A stretch of DNA of 63,944 nucleotides, filler included, from Olpidium bornovanus S191 (GCA_017911155.1; 31 parts of 31 records of this genome joined end to end with filler, not necessarily neighbours in it), one strand, 5' to 3'; shown: positions 23,629 through 36,359, counted from the whole stretch's first letter. The notes: generated from the letters alone by a model not told the origin. Translations and numbers: made by a program.

Positions 23629-24941
23629 ATGATCATCTGCTTCTACGTCTCGGGCCACGGTAAACCTCGGGTCCACGTCCGCTTTTCTGCGCCGCGCGTC
23701 GCTCCCGCCGCGTCGGGCGGCGCCGCCGCGATCTCCCCCGCGCAGCCCCGCCCCGAAAGCCGCGTCTCGTGCCCCCACCCGAACCGCCTTCCCGCTCAAA
23801 CCCCGTCGGCTTCTCCGCGCGCCCTGCAGGCTTCGGCCACGCGACCCGCTCCAGCAGGGTGATCGCGGGCCTGCTCGCCCTGCCCGGCGACCACCAGGTG
23901 CACGTCGCGTCGACCGCCCCGGAGTTCATCTTTCTCCAGGAGCTGCGCCGCGCGCCGCGCTGGTCGTACCGGAGCGCGGCGGTGGAGCCCGAAGTCGCGC
24001 AGCCGACGGCGTACACCGTCGACAACGAGGGGACGGCCGGGAATCTGCTGCGGTTCCTGGCGGCGAGGGCGGATCTTCTCGACGCCGAGGCGGAATGGCT
24101 GAAGAGCGTGGGCGCGCACGCGGTCGCGGTCGACGCGCCTTTCCTGCCCTGGTGAGCTAGAAAAAAAAAAAGAATCCGCGGACAAGGACCCCGCGTCCGC
24201 TCCGCTGTTGATGTTCCCGCCGTCGCCCTCGTCTGCATCGGTTGCGGATCAAAAAGCGCCGCAGCCAGGAAGGCCGGCATTCCGGCGATTGCGATCACAA
24301 ACTTCACGTTTGACGCAGTGGTACGTGGGGGGAGGGGGCATATCTGTATCACGGCGGCCGCCGCTACCCCGCGCCGTTGTTCGATCACCCTTCCGAAACA
24401 AAACGCCGAACTAACCGTGACCAGACCGCTCGCGCGACGCAAGTATGAAGGCATCCATTCGCTGTGCGCAAGCTCCGGGGCGACCGGCGACCACCTTGAT
24501 AAGGCCCTGGAAAACGCCGTCCGCATCGTGAGGGCCGACTACGCCGCAGCCAGCGCACTGGTGTGCCTGCCGGGCCACTTGCCGGGATTGGCGCCGGCGT
24601 TCGACGGGCACAGCTTCCTTCGCGAGGCAGGCGTCCTGACGGAAGATCTCCCGGCGCCGGACTCGGCCGACCCGTCGCCGCGGCCTCGCCTCGTCCTCGC
24701 CCCGCTGGTGGCCCTTCCGGTGAGACAGCCCAAGGAGGCCGTGCTGGAATTCCTCGGCATTCCGCCGGAGGCGCGGCTCAAAAGGATCCTCCTCGTGAAC
24801 TTCGGGGGGCAGAACCTGGGACCTCAGGACGTCCTGCCGTCGCTGCCGGAAGGCTGGGTCGCCCTGGTGTGCGGCCCGGCGGCCGGCCTCGCTCAGAAGT
24901 CTCCACGCCTTTTCTTCCCCGTCCCCCGGACGACCTACATG
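23629..24941 (+). CDS. L-arabinokinase N-terminal (GT-B-fold)-like protein (3' truncated)
   Basis: Exons 23629-23659, 23830-24151, about 24257-24320, and about 24444-24941. Motifs FYVSGHGFGHATR, VDAPFLPC, AGIPAIAITNFTFDAVY and LLVNFGGQ resemble the plant ARA1 N-terminal domain. Confidence 0.8.
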
Positions 24942-25285
24942 NNNNNNNNNNNNNNNNNNNNNNNNNNNNNNNNNNNNNNNNNNNNTTAATTAATTAANNN
25001 NNNNNNNNNNNNNNNNNNNNNNNNNNNNNNNNNNNNNNNNNCCCCACCAGCCCCCCCCCCCCCCCCCCCAAGGTCCCCCCCCCCCCCCCCCCCCCCCCAG
25101 AGAAAAGCCTGGTCCCTTAAGGGAACGGCCGCCGCCGGCGGTCGCGAGTTGCCGTTGGGCGACGCAGCGCAGGCCTCTAACGGACCTTTCACTGCGGCCC
25201 GGCGGGCCGCGCTCTTGACGCGAAACGCTCGGAAAACTGACGCCGATTTCGAATAATTGTCTCCTCGGCTTGCGCCGGAGCACAG

Positions 25286-26737
25286 GATTCTCGGTCGTCC
25301 ACCGCGCTGGCGACGGCGCGCGAGGCGGAAATCAGGGGCGCGGTTCTCTCGGCATCCCTCACGCGCGAGCATCTGTTCCTCACCGCCGAGTGCCTCCGCA
25401 AGGATCTGTGAGCTCCGGGGCGGAAGGTTTTTTGCCGCGTTTCCGGCGCTTCTGCGGAGCGTCGTTCCCGCAGACTTCGTGCGCGCCTCTGACTGCTTTC
25501 GAAACCGGCCAGCCCGTACTTCGTGGAAGTCCTGCGGGAAGCTGCGTACGGTACCAAGTTCAACGTTTACGAGGGTGGTTCCGTCGGGTACCTCGTATCG
25601 CTGGAGACAAGCCGCGCCATTCGTGATCCGGAAATCGCCGTCAACGAGTCGCTCCACAGGGTCGCCTTCCGGAACGGCCTGGGCAACTCCCTTTTTGCGC
25701 CCTCCCAATCGAAGCTCGACCTTTCCACAGTCAAAGGTTTCGGGCTGCGGCAGTCCAGCTTTAGTGACAAGGTTGCTCTGGTGGCCTCCGGCGTCGATCT
25801 CTCGGAGCTGGAGCGGCTCGCGCGGGATCTGCTTTCCCCCGACCAGGTCGGGCTGACCAAATCCTCGGAGGCGACGCAGGCCAGCAAGTACTTCGGTGGC
25901 GAGCGCCGCGTTGACGCGCCGTCCGACGAAACGGGACACCTCGCGATCGGGTATCCGTCGGGCGCGTTCGGCTCCGCGGCCGACTGCGCCGCCCACGTCC
26001 TGAAAGCGTACCTCGGGGGCTGGAACTCCGCATGCGACGGTACATCGCCGCTGGGCAAGGTCGCCGCCGCGACCGGTGCCTGTTTCCAGCCCTTCGCCTA
26101 CAGCTATTCCGATGCCGGCCTTTTCGGGGTCCGGATTCAGTCCGCGTACGACAAGGCCCAGTCGGCAGCGTCGGCTGTCGTCTCAGAGATAAGAAAGGCC
26201 GCCGAAGGCATCCCCGAAGCGGAGTTCGCGAGGTCCGTCGCCACCGCCAAGGTCGCCATACTCAGCGCACTCGAAAACAGGGTCAGCCTTGTCGAGTGCC
26301 TCGGAGCGCAGGTATTTTTTTTTTGGCGGAGTCGAATTGCCTGGAGGTGGCAGCGGTCCCCGGCGGCAAAGCCATTTGCCAGCCATAAATCCGCTGCGCG
26401 CCTTAATTTCAATTTGGTCTCTGTGGCGTGATTCCTTTGTCGCGAAGGTCCTGTCCGGCAAAGTAACTGGTCCGATAGAGCTCGCCGGCAAGTTGGACAC
26501 CCTAAAGGCTGCAGACGTGTCCAAGGTAACGTGAAGCCCTTGATTTAGCACTATTTGCACCGAGACGGGCCCTCCAACACAAGCCATCGATCTTTTTGTT
26601 TCAATTTCCGGGATTTTAATTTTTTTCGTTTGCGCCTTTCCGTTTCTCGCCAGTTTGCCGCCACCATGCTCAAGTCCAAGCCTTCCGTCGTGGCATATGG
26701 AAACACCATGGCACTACCGTACGCCGATTCCTTGTGA
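25286..26737 (+). CDS. QCR2: Cytochrome bc1 complex core protein 2 (M16 family), 5' truncated
   Basis: AREAEIRGAVLSASLTREHL..DL-PYFVEVL; LHRVAFRNGLGNSLFA; YFGGERR; YSYSDAGLFG; C-terminus KPSVVAYGNTMALPYADSL*. Confidence 0.9.
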
Positions 26738-27406
26738 AGCCCGCAACACCCTCACGTCCGCGTTCCCTCTCCTGTTTAGTTTCCATGGAATATACATTAA
26801 CGAGGATTGGTTAATGCGGGCAAAAAAAACAGCTTCAAGGCATATTTTTGGAAGGGCTGTTTGTTTTTTGGTGTTTTCGGGTAGCCAGCGTCAGTTAAGC
26901 GACCNNNNNNNNNNNNNNNNNNNNNNNNNNNNNNNNNNNNNNNNNNNNTTAATTAATTAANNNNNNNNNNNNNNNNNNNNNNNNNNNNNNNNNNNNNNNN
27001 NNNNCATGCAAAATTTTGTGACTTGCGGTCGCCGTGATTGTCCGCAAGAGCGACAAAGGCGTGCAGATCAAGAATATGACACTTTGCGTAGATGTTCCGG
27101 TCGGGATAAGGCATCGGAAGTTCGTAATCTTCTGTCCCCTTGGGGAATTGAACGACGCGCTTTTCATTGCGAATACGGAAATTTTGACGGGTCGACGCCG
27201 TGTTGCGCGAGGCAGCTGAAGGTGCAGGCGATGTCCCGTCGAGCGCAACAGGCCAGGTAAAGTAACTATGCCAATCAATACCTTGAATGTGTTGCAGTGA
27301 CACGCTCCTTGTCCACGCAAATTCTACCGGCGCCTAGCTAACCCTCCAAATAACATCCTGTCGACGCTCACCACCCCCTGCCCTTCTCGCGCAGACCCTG
27401 GCCGCC

Positions 27407-28615
27407 TCACCCCACCGGGGCCGACGAGGCGTCGGTCGTTGCGCGCTCCTCCGCCTCCTCCGCTATTTCGGTTGGCAGCGGTGTCCAGTCGACGGGTGAG
27501 CGCTTCCTCGTCCTCCGGTGCTGGTACGCCGTGCTGCGCATTTGGACGACGAACTCGCGGTGCACGACGGGAAGCTTCGACTTCCCGGTCGCCGCGTACG
27601 CGTCGTCGCGGCTGTCTGCGGTGCCGAACTCGATCCAGTAGTACGCGGCGTTGGCCACCGGCGCCTCGCCCGGTGTTGGTCCGAGGTCGCCGGACCGCGG
27701 CAGCCCGGCGCGGGCAGACGACCGCTTGGGCTTGGTGAGGTCTAGCACGTAGCTGCGGCTTCCGCAAAACGTCAGGTTTTGCTCGTCGGCAACCGACGCG
27801 CGGTCCTGCCAGTGGAACCACCTGACGGGGAAGAGGTCGTACATGGGCGCGTTGGCGCCGACCGCCGCGCAATAGATGCGCCCGTATATTCCGCGCCCCG
27901 TCGCCTGCAGCAGCGACAAGGGATTCCAGGTCAAGAGGATGACGTACGCGAGCCCGTCGTATATCATGAGGCGGTGGTTGTTGCCTTCCAAAACGCTGAT
28001 GACGCCGGCCGTCTTTTTCTGCAGAAATACCCGGATGCCTGGTCCGAGGCCGGGCGTTAGCAGGGAGGGGGTCCAGCAACGGCGGCGGGAAAGCGCGCAG
28101 AACCTCGGACGAACGTTGCTTGGCCCCGCGCAAACGGAAGGACCGCGTCGACAAAAAGTGCGAGTTTTTTGCGACTCACTAGCGCTGTCGTCCTCGTGCA
28201 CCGGTGAGTAAAATGGCGGCGAGTATTGCAGCTGCGGCGGACAAAGTGCGGACGGACCGTGCTGCGGAAAAGGCGGGGCCGGCGCGTGAGGAAATTGAGC
28301 CTCTAACAGCCCGTCGGAGAGCCCCAAGACCTGCGGCGACCCTCCGAGAACGGAAGGCTGCCAGAAAATCGGCGGCGGGAAGGCCGCGGAGAGAAGGGAC
28401 GGCGCATTCCACGACGGCGGGTCGCAGTGGGTATCGGCAAAGCCGTACTGCAGACCGCTCGCGTTGCTTTGAGGCTGAGCCCACGCGTACTCGTCGACCT
28501 GTCGCACGAGCGGTGGCGGGATACACGCTCCGGCAGGGAGCGGACGGCGGTGCTGTTCTTTTTCGCAGCACGAAGCCGCCGCAGCGCACTGCTCAAAACC
28601 TGCGGCGAAGTCCAT
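27407..28615 (-). CDS. Orphan 402-aa ORF: Pro/Ser/Gln-rich N-terminus, folded-looking C-terminal domain, basic cluster
   Basis: Single 1.2-kb open frame from ATG with protein-like composition. It may splice further via donor GTGAGG near 27410. No family recognised. Confidence 0.6.
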   Translation of the reverse strand: MDFAAGFEQCAAAASCCEKEQHRRPLPAGACIPPPLVRQVDEYAWAQPQSNASGLQYGFADTHCDPPSWNAPSLLSAAFPPPIFWQPSVLGGSPQVLGLSDGLLEAQFPHAPAPPFPQHGPSALCPPQLQYSPPFYSPVHEDDSASESQKTRTFCRRGPSVCAGPSNVRPRFCALSRRRCWTPSLLTPGLGPGIRVFLQKKTAGVISVLEGNNHRLMIYDGLAYVILLTWNPLSLLQATGRGIYGRIYCAAVGANAPMYDLFPVRWFHWQDRASVADEQNLTFCGSRSYVLDLTKPKRSSARAGLPRSGDLGPTPGEAPVANAAYYWIEFGTADSRDDAYAATGKSKLPVVHREFVVQMRSTAYQHRRTRKRSPVDWTPLPTEIAEEAEERATTDASSAPVG

Positions 28616-29956
28616 TTTGCTGGTGTTTTGCGCTTGTTTTGTTTTTTTATCTATTTTTTTTTTCTTTTCCGCGGGCGCGGCGGGGATGTCGCGCGACGCC
28701 GGCCCTCACGCCGCCGACGGACGCCGCGGCCGCCGCGGCCGCCGCGGTCCTTCAAGCGCTTTTCTCGCCGAGTCCGCGTTCTCCTGGCGGGGCAACGAGC
28801 GGCAGTCGAAAAAACCAACTGCGCCTCGCGCGGCCATTCCGCCCTGCAGAGCGGGCTCCTTGACGACGCTGCTTTCTCCCACGCGCCCAGGGCGGGCTGA
28901 AGTCCCGGCGGCGTCCCTGTCCGCTCGCTGTAACCGTGTCGACATTCATCATCGCCAATGCCGCTTAACGAACCTTTTCATGGCCGCAACATTTGGGACA
29001 CTAAAAAGAACGCCCAAAGCAAGCCTGAACTTCACATAAACGACTGACCCCAGGAAGATGATGTTGGCCAATCTAAGCGATGTCCGTGAAGCAAATGGCN
29101 NNNNNNNNNNNNNNNNNNNNNNNNNNNNNNNNNNNNNNNNNNNTTAATTAATTAANNNNNNNNNNNNNNNNNNNNNNNNNNNNNNNNNNNNNNNNNNNNC
29201 CCGCCGTTGGATGACGACGCTCTCCTTCCAAACCTCCAGTTTTTGTATGCCGTCGAAGACCGCGAGTCCCGCGAGCGAGAGAGCGCGGCTCTGTTCCGTT
29301 CGCGCGCGGCCTGCGTTCGGCACACCAGGTGTTGACAGGAGCGTCGATGGGGTTGGTGCGGGCGGTTTGGCGAAAGTCGCCGGGAGTACAAGCGAAAACG
29401 ACACCCAGTGTCCCTCATAATAAATCTGACCTGATTTGACGTGGCTAAAAAGTGACTCACGTGCCTTTTTAGAAATCCGTCCCGACAGTTTCTGCGCAAA
29501 AAACAGGAAGGCGCACTAGGATTCATGTGGGGGGAACACGCCGGGGGCCGGCGGGAGACCAGGCCGCCCGCATTTTCGGTTCCACTGCGCGTCGGCTTTC
29601 TTGAATGTTTCGGACGACGTCTAACCCTCTGCCCGTCCCCGACCCTTCCCACCCCGCCCTTCCCCCCATCTCCCGGCTCTTTACCTCCGACACCCTCTGG
29701 GATTGATCGCCCAAACGTTTATCAGCAAGACCAGCGTAGACCGCGCCGCTGAGGTGCGACCGCGGTACAGCCCCAAAAGGCGAGACTGAAACCAGTCCAT
29801 ATGAAGCGGTCCGCCGGCGCCGAAAAAATAAGCGGCTAGTCTCTCGTATCAAGTCACCCTGCGTGGGTTACGCTGCGGACGGCCGCCAGGGCGTGGTAAT
29901 TCGGGGCAGAAGAAATGCGGATTCTACTTGAACACGGCGGGGGCGACTGCGACGCA

Positions 29957-30773
29957 TCACTCCACCAGGGCTCCGGCCTTCGGGACGCCGCCAGCTTCGT
30001 CCGACGCCAGCGGGGTGCGGGGCAAGTAACGGGAGTCGAAGCGCTCTTCCATGGGTACCGCGGCGTTGAGGCGCTTCCAATACCGAATGATGCCCGGCAG
30101 GTGCTCGCGTTCGACGATGAAGAGCACGCGGCGTGAAGAGAGCGTCGCCTGCGGCGCCGGCGGGACGAAGCGTCCCTCGAAGTGGTGGGGCACCGAGGGG
30201 ACGACGAACTCGGCGTTTTCAATGACGCCGCCCATCTCGCCGAAAGCTCTCCAGATCTCGCCGCGCCGCGTCTTCGGGGGGAGAAGCGCTTTGGAAACCC
30301 GATCGGAAAGTGTCGTTTTTATGGGGTAGAGCCGCTCGTAGACGTTGTTCCGGGCCGTCGACGACCTCTGCGTCGGGGCGCCGGCCCCGTGCCGGTCCTC
30401 GATCTCTTGCCAGAGCGCGTACGCCAGGTACTCCTCCGCGGTAGCGGCCGCCGCCCGGGCGGGTGGGGGGCCCGTCTCGGCGTTGGACAGGAACTCGTTG
30501 ATGGCGCGCAATCCGCGAAGATCCACTGTGCCGTAGAGCTGCGGGCTGTCGATGCACAGTTGCTTCTTGACCTTCTGGGGCGGAAACAGTCTGGCAATGC
30601 CCGTTGCGGACAAGAACGAGTACAGCACGCTCGGCTCGCCAAAAACCGGTGCCATTTGCAACAGGTCACCGATCTCCAAATCGGCCGCTTTTGCCAGCCC
30701 ACAAACAATGGGCATCAGCTTCTCCTCTGGCGGCCGCGCCAGCACCTCTGCCCAGACGTCCTCCACCCGCTCC
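29957..30773 (-). CDS. Orphan intronless ORF, 5' truncated by gap
   Basis: About 270 open codons of globular-looking sequence (WAEVLARPPEEKLMPIVCGL...IIRYWKRLN). No family recognised. Confidence 0.55.
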
Positions 30774-30873
30774 NNNNNNNNNNNNNNNNNNNNNNNNNNN
30801 NNNNNNNNNNNNNNNNNTTAATTAATTAANNNNNNNNNNNNNNNNNNNNNNNNNNNNNNNNNNNNNNNNNNNN

Positions 30874-31808
30874 CATGACTCTGCTTCGCTCGTAGTCTAC
30901 GAGAATCTGGCGCCCATCAAGGATTGAACGGTTTGCCCTCTACAAGATTCCGGCGTAGTTTCAGATGAGCGGGCATATCCCCTTTCCGGCGACCGTCCTC
31001 TCGGTTTTTGCCGTCATTTACCAGGTATCCAGTCTCGCAGGCTCGCTCATCGGCGAACTCGACAAATCCGTACAATTTTGATTCTCCCGTGACTACGAAC
31101 CGCGAAGTCGGCAATGAGAATTCCCCTCCCCCACGCTGGTATCACCCACCGTTCGCCTTTGCTCCCTCGTGAAACTCACCGATGTTGCGAACGATCACCG
31201 CCCGCTTGACGGCGCCGTACCGCGCAAAGGCGCCGCGCAGGTCGTCTGTTAACGAGGGGCAACGCAGAAGTGCTGTTTGTCGAGTGTCGCGCAAGAACGG
31301 GGCGCAAGCGGCTCAAAATCCGCTCGTACCCTCAGTAGTGTTCGCGGATAGCCTCCCGACGAAGAGGGTCCTCAGCGGGTCCGAATCGGCGCCGTGCGCC
31401 GAGGTCGACGGCACATCTGCATAAGGAGAACAAAACGGGTTCACGCGGCAGCGCAAAAAGAGATGCTCAGAGGAAGCCCACCAACGGAACCGCCTCCTTT
31501 GCGCTCCTCAGCCTCGGGAAGACGCCACCGAAGGACACCCGTCTGACATCCTGCGGCCCGCCGCCGCTAGAAAACGCACACTTGGCTTTCTCGGCCTTCT
31601 CCACGGCGCGGTCGTGCGGCTGCGTGTTGGTACCATCGATGCTTCCCGCTTGGACAGGCTTGTACACAGTCGCGAACCACACGCTCCCCCCAGAATTTCG
31701 CGGACGCCGATCGAAGCCACGGCCGCCCCTGTCGTGGTGCGGCGCGTGACGACTGTGGCGGGGCGCGTCCGCCGTCGGGGCGGCCCGCTCGCGCTCCCTG
31801 AATACCAT
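30874..31808 (-). CDS. SNRNP35: U11/U12 snRNP 35-kDa protein (minor spliceosome), 3' truncated
   Basis: Exons 31808-31580, 31416-31330, 31245-31180, 31092-31022 and 30939-30874 splice in phase: WFATVYKPVQAGSIDGTNTQPHDRAV..KYVP..DPLRTLFVGRL..YGAVKRAVIVRNIVTGESKLYGFVEF..ILDGRQILVDYERSRVM. The AGSIDGT..PHDRAV N-terminus distinguishes it from U1-70K. Confidence 0.93.
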
Positions 31809-32403
31809 CGGAGTTCCCGGCTCGCCGATGCCTCGTTGCGCCACGGCGAAGACCGCAACACGCCGCCGGTCCAACGCAGCATGCAGCTTCTCACTCGACG
31901 ATGTCGGCCCGGAGAAAAGGACGGCGGATGTCGACGACCACGTAAGCGCGAGCCTGTCCGCCCGACTCGGGGCGGGGCCCATTTCAGAAATGTCGCGGCT
32001 AGCAGCGCCGGTCACGTGACTTTGGCAACACCCTCCGCGGGATGGCGCACCCGCCAAGCAAAACATACCTGCCATCCTCAACTGTTCGGCACAGATTGCC
32101 CCGCGATAAATTGCCACTCGCTTAGAATGGACAAATCCATATCAGAATCTTTTTGTAATCTATCCTTTATCCTTTTTCTGGGCGTCCGTAGAGTTTTTGA
32201 ATTACAGCTCTGTTTTGCGGTAGGTTCCCTTGAGGGGGGTAACACCACATTTACCAGACGCATGNNNNNNNNNNNNNNNNNNNNNNNNNNNNNNNNNNNN
32301 NNNNNNNNTTAATTAATTAANNNNNNNNNNNNNNNNNNNNNNNNNNNNNNNNNNNNNNNNNNNNCGGCGAGGGGGGTGGGGGGGGGGGGGGGGGGGTTTT
32401 GGG

Positions 32404-32435
<32 letters not shown>

Positions 32436-35148
32436 CCCCTCCGCTCCCCGCCTCCTTACCTCCTCCTCTTCCCCCGCGCGGAGGCCACGTTGGCCTACAA
32501 AATTCCCGGCGCCTTTTTTTTTTTTTTTTTTTTTTTGTTCTCTTTATCCCCCTTTATCCCGTCCTACATTAAACGGACTGCCAATTCCAATTCAGCGTAG
32601 TGCCCACGCGGGATGCGCGCACGGACGAAGCGACGTGCGCTTTGGCTAGGCGAGAGAGACTGCCTGGCTAGGCAAGAAAGAGATAGACTGCGCGCCGTCC
32701 GTCGGTCAGCAATGGTTCCGACTGAACTTGTCGAAGCTCGTCTCTCTCCCCGTCGACGGCTCGTCTCTTTCCTTGTCCCTCCCTGCGCTTATTTGCCCCT
32801 CGCCTTCTGCGTCCCGCCTTCTGCGTTCCTGCCCCGACGCCGCACGTTCCCTTCTCTCCCTCGGACCACTGACAGCACCCGTGGAGAATGATGCATCTAA
32901 ATTATCCGTAAAAGAAATTGCGTCTGGTCCGTACGGCGAATCCCTCCCGGCGACTTTTCCCCTTTTACCCCCGTGCGGAAACGTAAGAGGGGGAAGGAAG
33001 GAGAGCGGGAGGACGGAAGAAGTGAATTGTCAACCCATCCTCGCCCGCAAAAGCCAGGGGCCAACCATGGAAGGACGGCGGGCGCAGCAGCCGACTGTGC
33101 AACGAGGCAAGGAGCATGCTTGGGGCCTTGGAAATTCCAAGCACCCCAGAGGACGAGAAATCCAATGAGAAGGCCCGCATTATATGTGAGGGCAAGTGCG
33201 GCTCAGCTGCAGCATCGGCAAACTCTCGCCTGCCTGGTAGGGTTAGCTGATTGTATCCGCTGTCAAATGCTTACTCTGTCGTATCCGCCGCCGTCAACCA
33301 AATTTTCTCCTGTCTGAACTCACCTTATTTTTTCTTTCTTTCCTCACTGCCCTTCTCTCTCACTTTATCTATCTATCTCACTCCCACCGCCCCTCTCGCC
33401 CTCATCCTCTCTCTCTCTCTCTCAAACGTGAAAACTGCTTTTGTTTCGGCAGCACCCAACTCGCCGCGATCAGCCCGAATTAACAATCACATCGAGCAAA
33501 AATTATTGACAGACAGCTTCTGCCCGATCCGTGGCTAGCTCTCGACCGTCGGCATGCNNNNNNNNNNNNNNNNNNNNNNNNNNNNNNNNNNNNNNNNNNN
33601 NTTAATTAATTAANNNNNNNNNNNNNNNNNNNNNNNNNNNNNNNNNNNNNNNNNNNNGTGACGTGGTGGTGTGTTTCTGAAGAATGAGGACGCGGCCGGG
33701 GGAGGGGTGGGGGAGGGGGGAGGGAGGCTTTGGGGACGCGCGGGGGACGAGGAGGGCGTTAGCGGGTGGGGGAAGTTTTAACCGCGCGGGGAGGATGGGG
33801 GGGGGGAGGGGTCGTCGCAATCAAGCACCGGGACGCCGCAACCAAGCAATCTCGGACGACGCAGATGCAGAGCTCGAGCCGAGTCGGGAAGCACGAGTCG
33901 AAGGGGGTCTTCTCTACAAGGCTCCGTGTTGGAGCCGTCCTTCCGCTATCTATACTACTGGTCTGTTCTGGGTGCGGACTTTCCTAGCGGGAGCTCCAGG
34001 GGTTTACGGAAGGAGGAAGTTTCTGCCGCGCGATGCCCTTCAATTCGGCCGGAACCCCCCCGCCCCTCCTTTTTTGTGAGCGACGGGGAAGACGCGCGGG
34101 ACGCGGCGGAACTGCGGAGGGGCAGTGGGCGCCAGAAAAAAATTTAAAAAAAATTATCTGTTTACTGTGAGTGCGTAAGCGCCGCAATTTTACCTTTTGC
34201 GCTTCAAAAATTCCCGTGGTCAGCCGGGGAACTTCAATTTCAAGGGTCCATACGCACACACTCACACAGCACCAGCAGAACCTGGTAAATGATGTGCAGT
34301 ATACATCATATCCGGAAAACCTTGCAGAGAATCCTGCGCAAAATCGCGCGGAGAATCATAATGCAGATAACCCATACGGGAATTTTTCAACACTCTTCAG
34401 ACCGATGCTGCCAAGATGAGAATTGGGTACTCGGGGAATTCTGCGTTATTTTTGCTTCTCGTTGCGCATCCTGTGAACCTGTGGATTCCGCCAACTGAAG
34501 AATCTTCTCTTTCGTAACCTAACAAAGACGGCGCAAATAAGATTAACACAGAAAATTCCTCGCATTCAGGCCGTTCGGATTGCGGTAATACGATGCATTT
34601 AGATCTAATCTTACTATTAATAAGTATTTACATTAACTATATTTAGATTGGTGGTGTTCGGGGGGTTAATGTATCATGANNNNNNNNNNNNNNNNNNNNN
34701 NNNNNNNNNNNNNNNNNNNNNNNTTAATTAATTAANNNNNNNNNNNNNNNNNNNNNNNNNNNNNNNNNNNNNNNNNNNNACCGGACAGAGAGCAGGGGCG
34801 GCGAATCGGGGGGAGGCTACCTACCACGGATCCTGGGACTCCGAGCACGGGATGGCCTTCTGTGCCACGAACCGCAAGGCCGTCGGCTCCGGCGGCATGC
34901 CGAGTGCCGCAGCCAATTCCTCGCTCGCGCGCTCAGAATCGTCCGGGCAGATATCCTGGACCTCGAGCGAGCGGAAGGACACGATGACTGGCTCATAGGG
35001 AATGATCCGAGAGGCACGCGGCGCGGGGATTGGTGAGCAGCGGGACCGGGACAGTTTCCTCGAAGAAACGGTGCGTACAGCCGAAATGCGACCTTAATTT
35101 GCTCCTCCGCCCCCTTCCTCCCCACCACGCCCCTTTCCCACCGTGAAG

Positions 35149-35870
35149 TCAAGGCACACGCAACAGCTTCCAGCACGTACGGCTTGTTCCCCTGTTCCAC
35201 CCGATTCCGGCGCGAGGGATCAGTCTGACGCGGACGCCGGCGTGGCGAAGACTCGCGTCTCCGGAGGGCGGGGCCAAGTAGCGCGGGAGGAGCTCGCAGG
35301 ACAACGCCGGGGCGACGGACCAGCGGTCTCCTCTTGCGGCGAACCCTCGGGCGACCTCTTCGACGTCCTCGGAAGGGCCGTCCAGCGGCCAGTGTGATCC
35401 GCCGCCGCCGCAGTCTCCCTCGTCCAAATCTCGGTCGTCGTCGTCGTCGTCGTCGTCATCGTTCTCGCCGCCCGTTTTGTTGCCCGCAGGAGCGCCACCG
35501 TGCTTCCGCGTCGGCGCCCGTCTTCCTGGATTCAAAACCGCGGCCGCCCTCCTCTCCTCCACCCGAGCCCTCCGCAGGCCAAGCACAAAGTCCAGCGCGT
35601 TCCGCAGCGAGGCGAGCTCGTCGTTGAGGTCCTTGAGACAACGCGCGCGGAGGAAGGGTCCGTGGTCAGGCAAGAGGCGGTGGGCGGGGGCAGTATTAGG
35701 ACCGGCGGGGGGGACGCGCGGGAGCGGCCCCCCCCCCCGCGCTCCCCGCACCCCCGCGGCCGCTTCTCGTTTTTCGGGAAACGGGGCGCACCGTTGCGTA
35801 CGTTCAGCACGCCTCCCAGGGCCGCCTCCGTCGCCTCGTTCTGGGCGATCTCGTCGACAATGCGCTGCAT
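35149..35870 (-). CDS. Hypothetical coiled-coil protein with acidic tract (partial, spliced)
   Basis: QRIVDEIAQNEATEAALGGVLN|GTACGC, then LKDLNDELASLRNALDFVLGL and a D8 run. No family recognised. Confidence 0.35.
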
Positions 35871-35934
35871 GTTTTATTTTTTCCCCCCCTCCCCTCCCCG
35901 TTCTCCCCCCTTTTCCGGCTGCGATGCGGGGGGG

Positions 35935-35974
<40 letters not shown>

Positions 35975-36270
35975 GGGAGGGGACGACGGACGAACGGGCC
36001 CCGGACACGCCCAGCAACCAACGCACGCACGCTCGCACGAACTCGACACAACACACACGCGCGCGCACGCACGCACGCCGCGCCGGCCGGGTGGAAAGAG
36101 GAAGGGGGAGGAGGAGGAGGAGAGAGGGGGGTGTTGAATTCGGGTTCGAAGGAGCTCCGAAGAGCGTCTGTATTCCGCCGGTCTGCCCGGTTTTATGGAG
36201 AAAATTCCGGGGGTGAATTCAGGGGCGTTCTCCCCCCCCCCCCCCCCTTTTTTCCAAAGGGGGGGGGGAA

Positions 36271-36359
<89 letters not shown>

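Noticed and set aside
32880-33320. Gene with a GC-AG donor (GAG|GCAAGT at about 33191)
   Set aside because: Both strands offer plausible splice sites and frames, so I could not determine the coding strand.
36119-36145. Purine run followed by TGTTGAATTC, resembling the copia PPT-LTR junction at 56248
   Set aside because: Similarity stops after 10 bp and no CA-terminated LTR follows.
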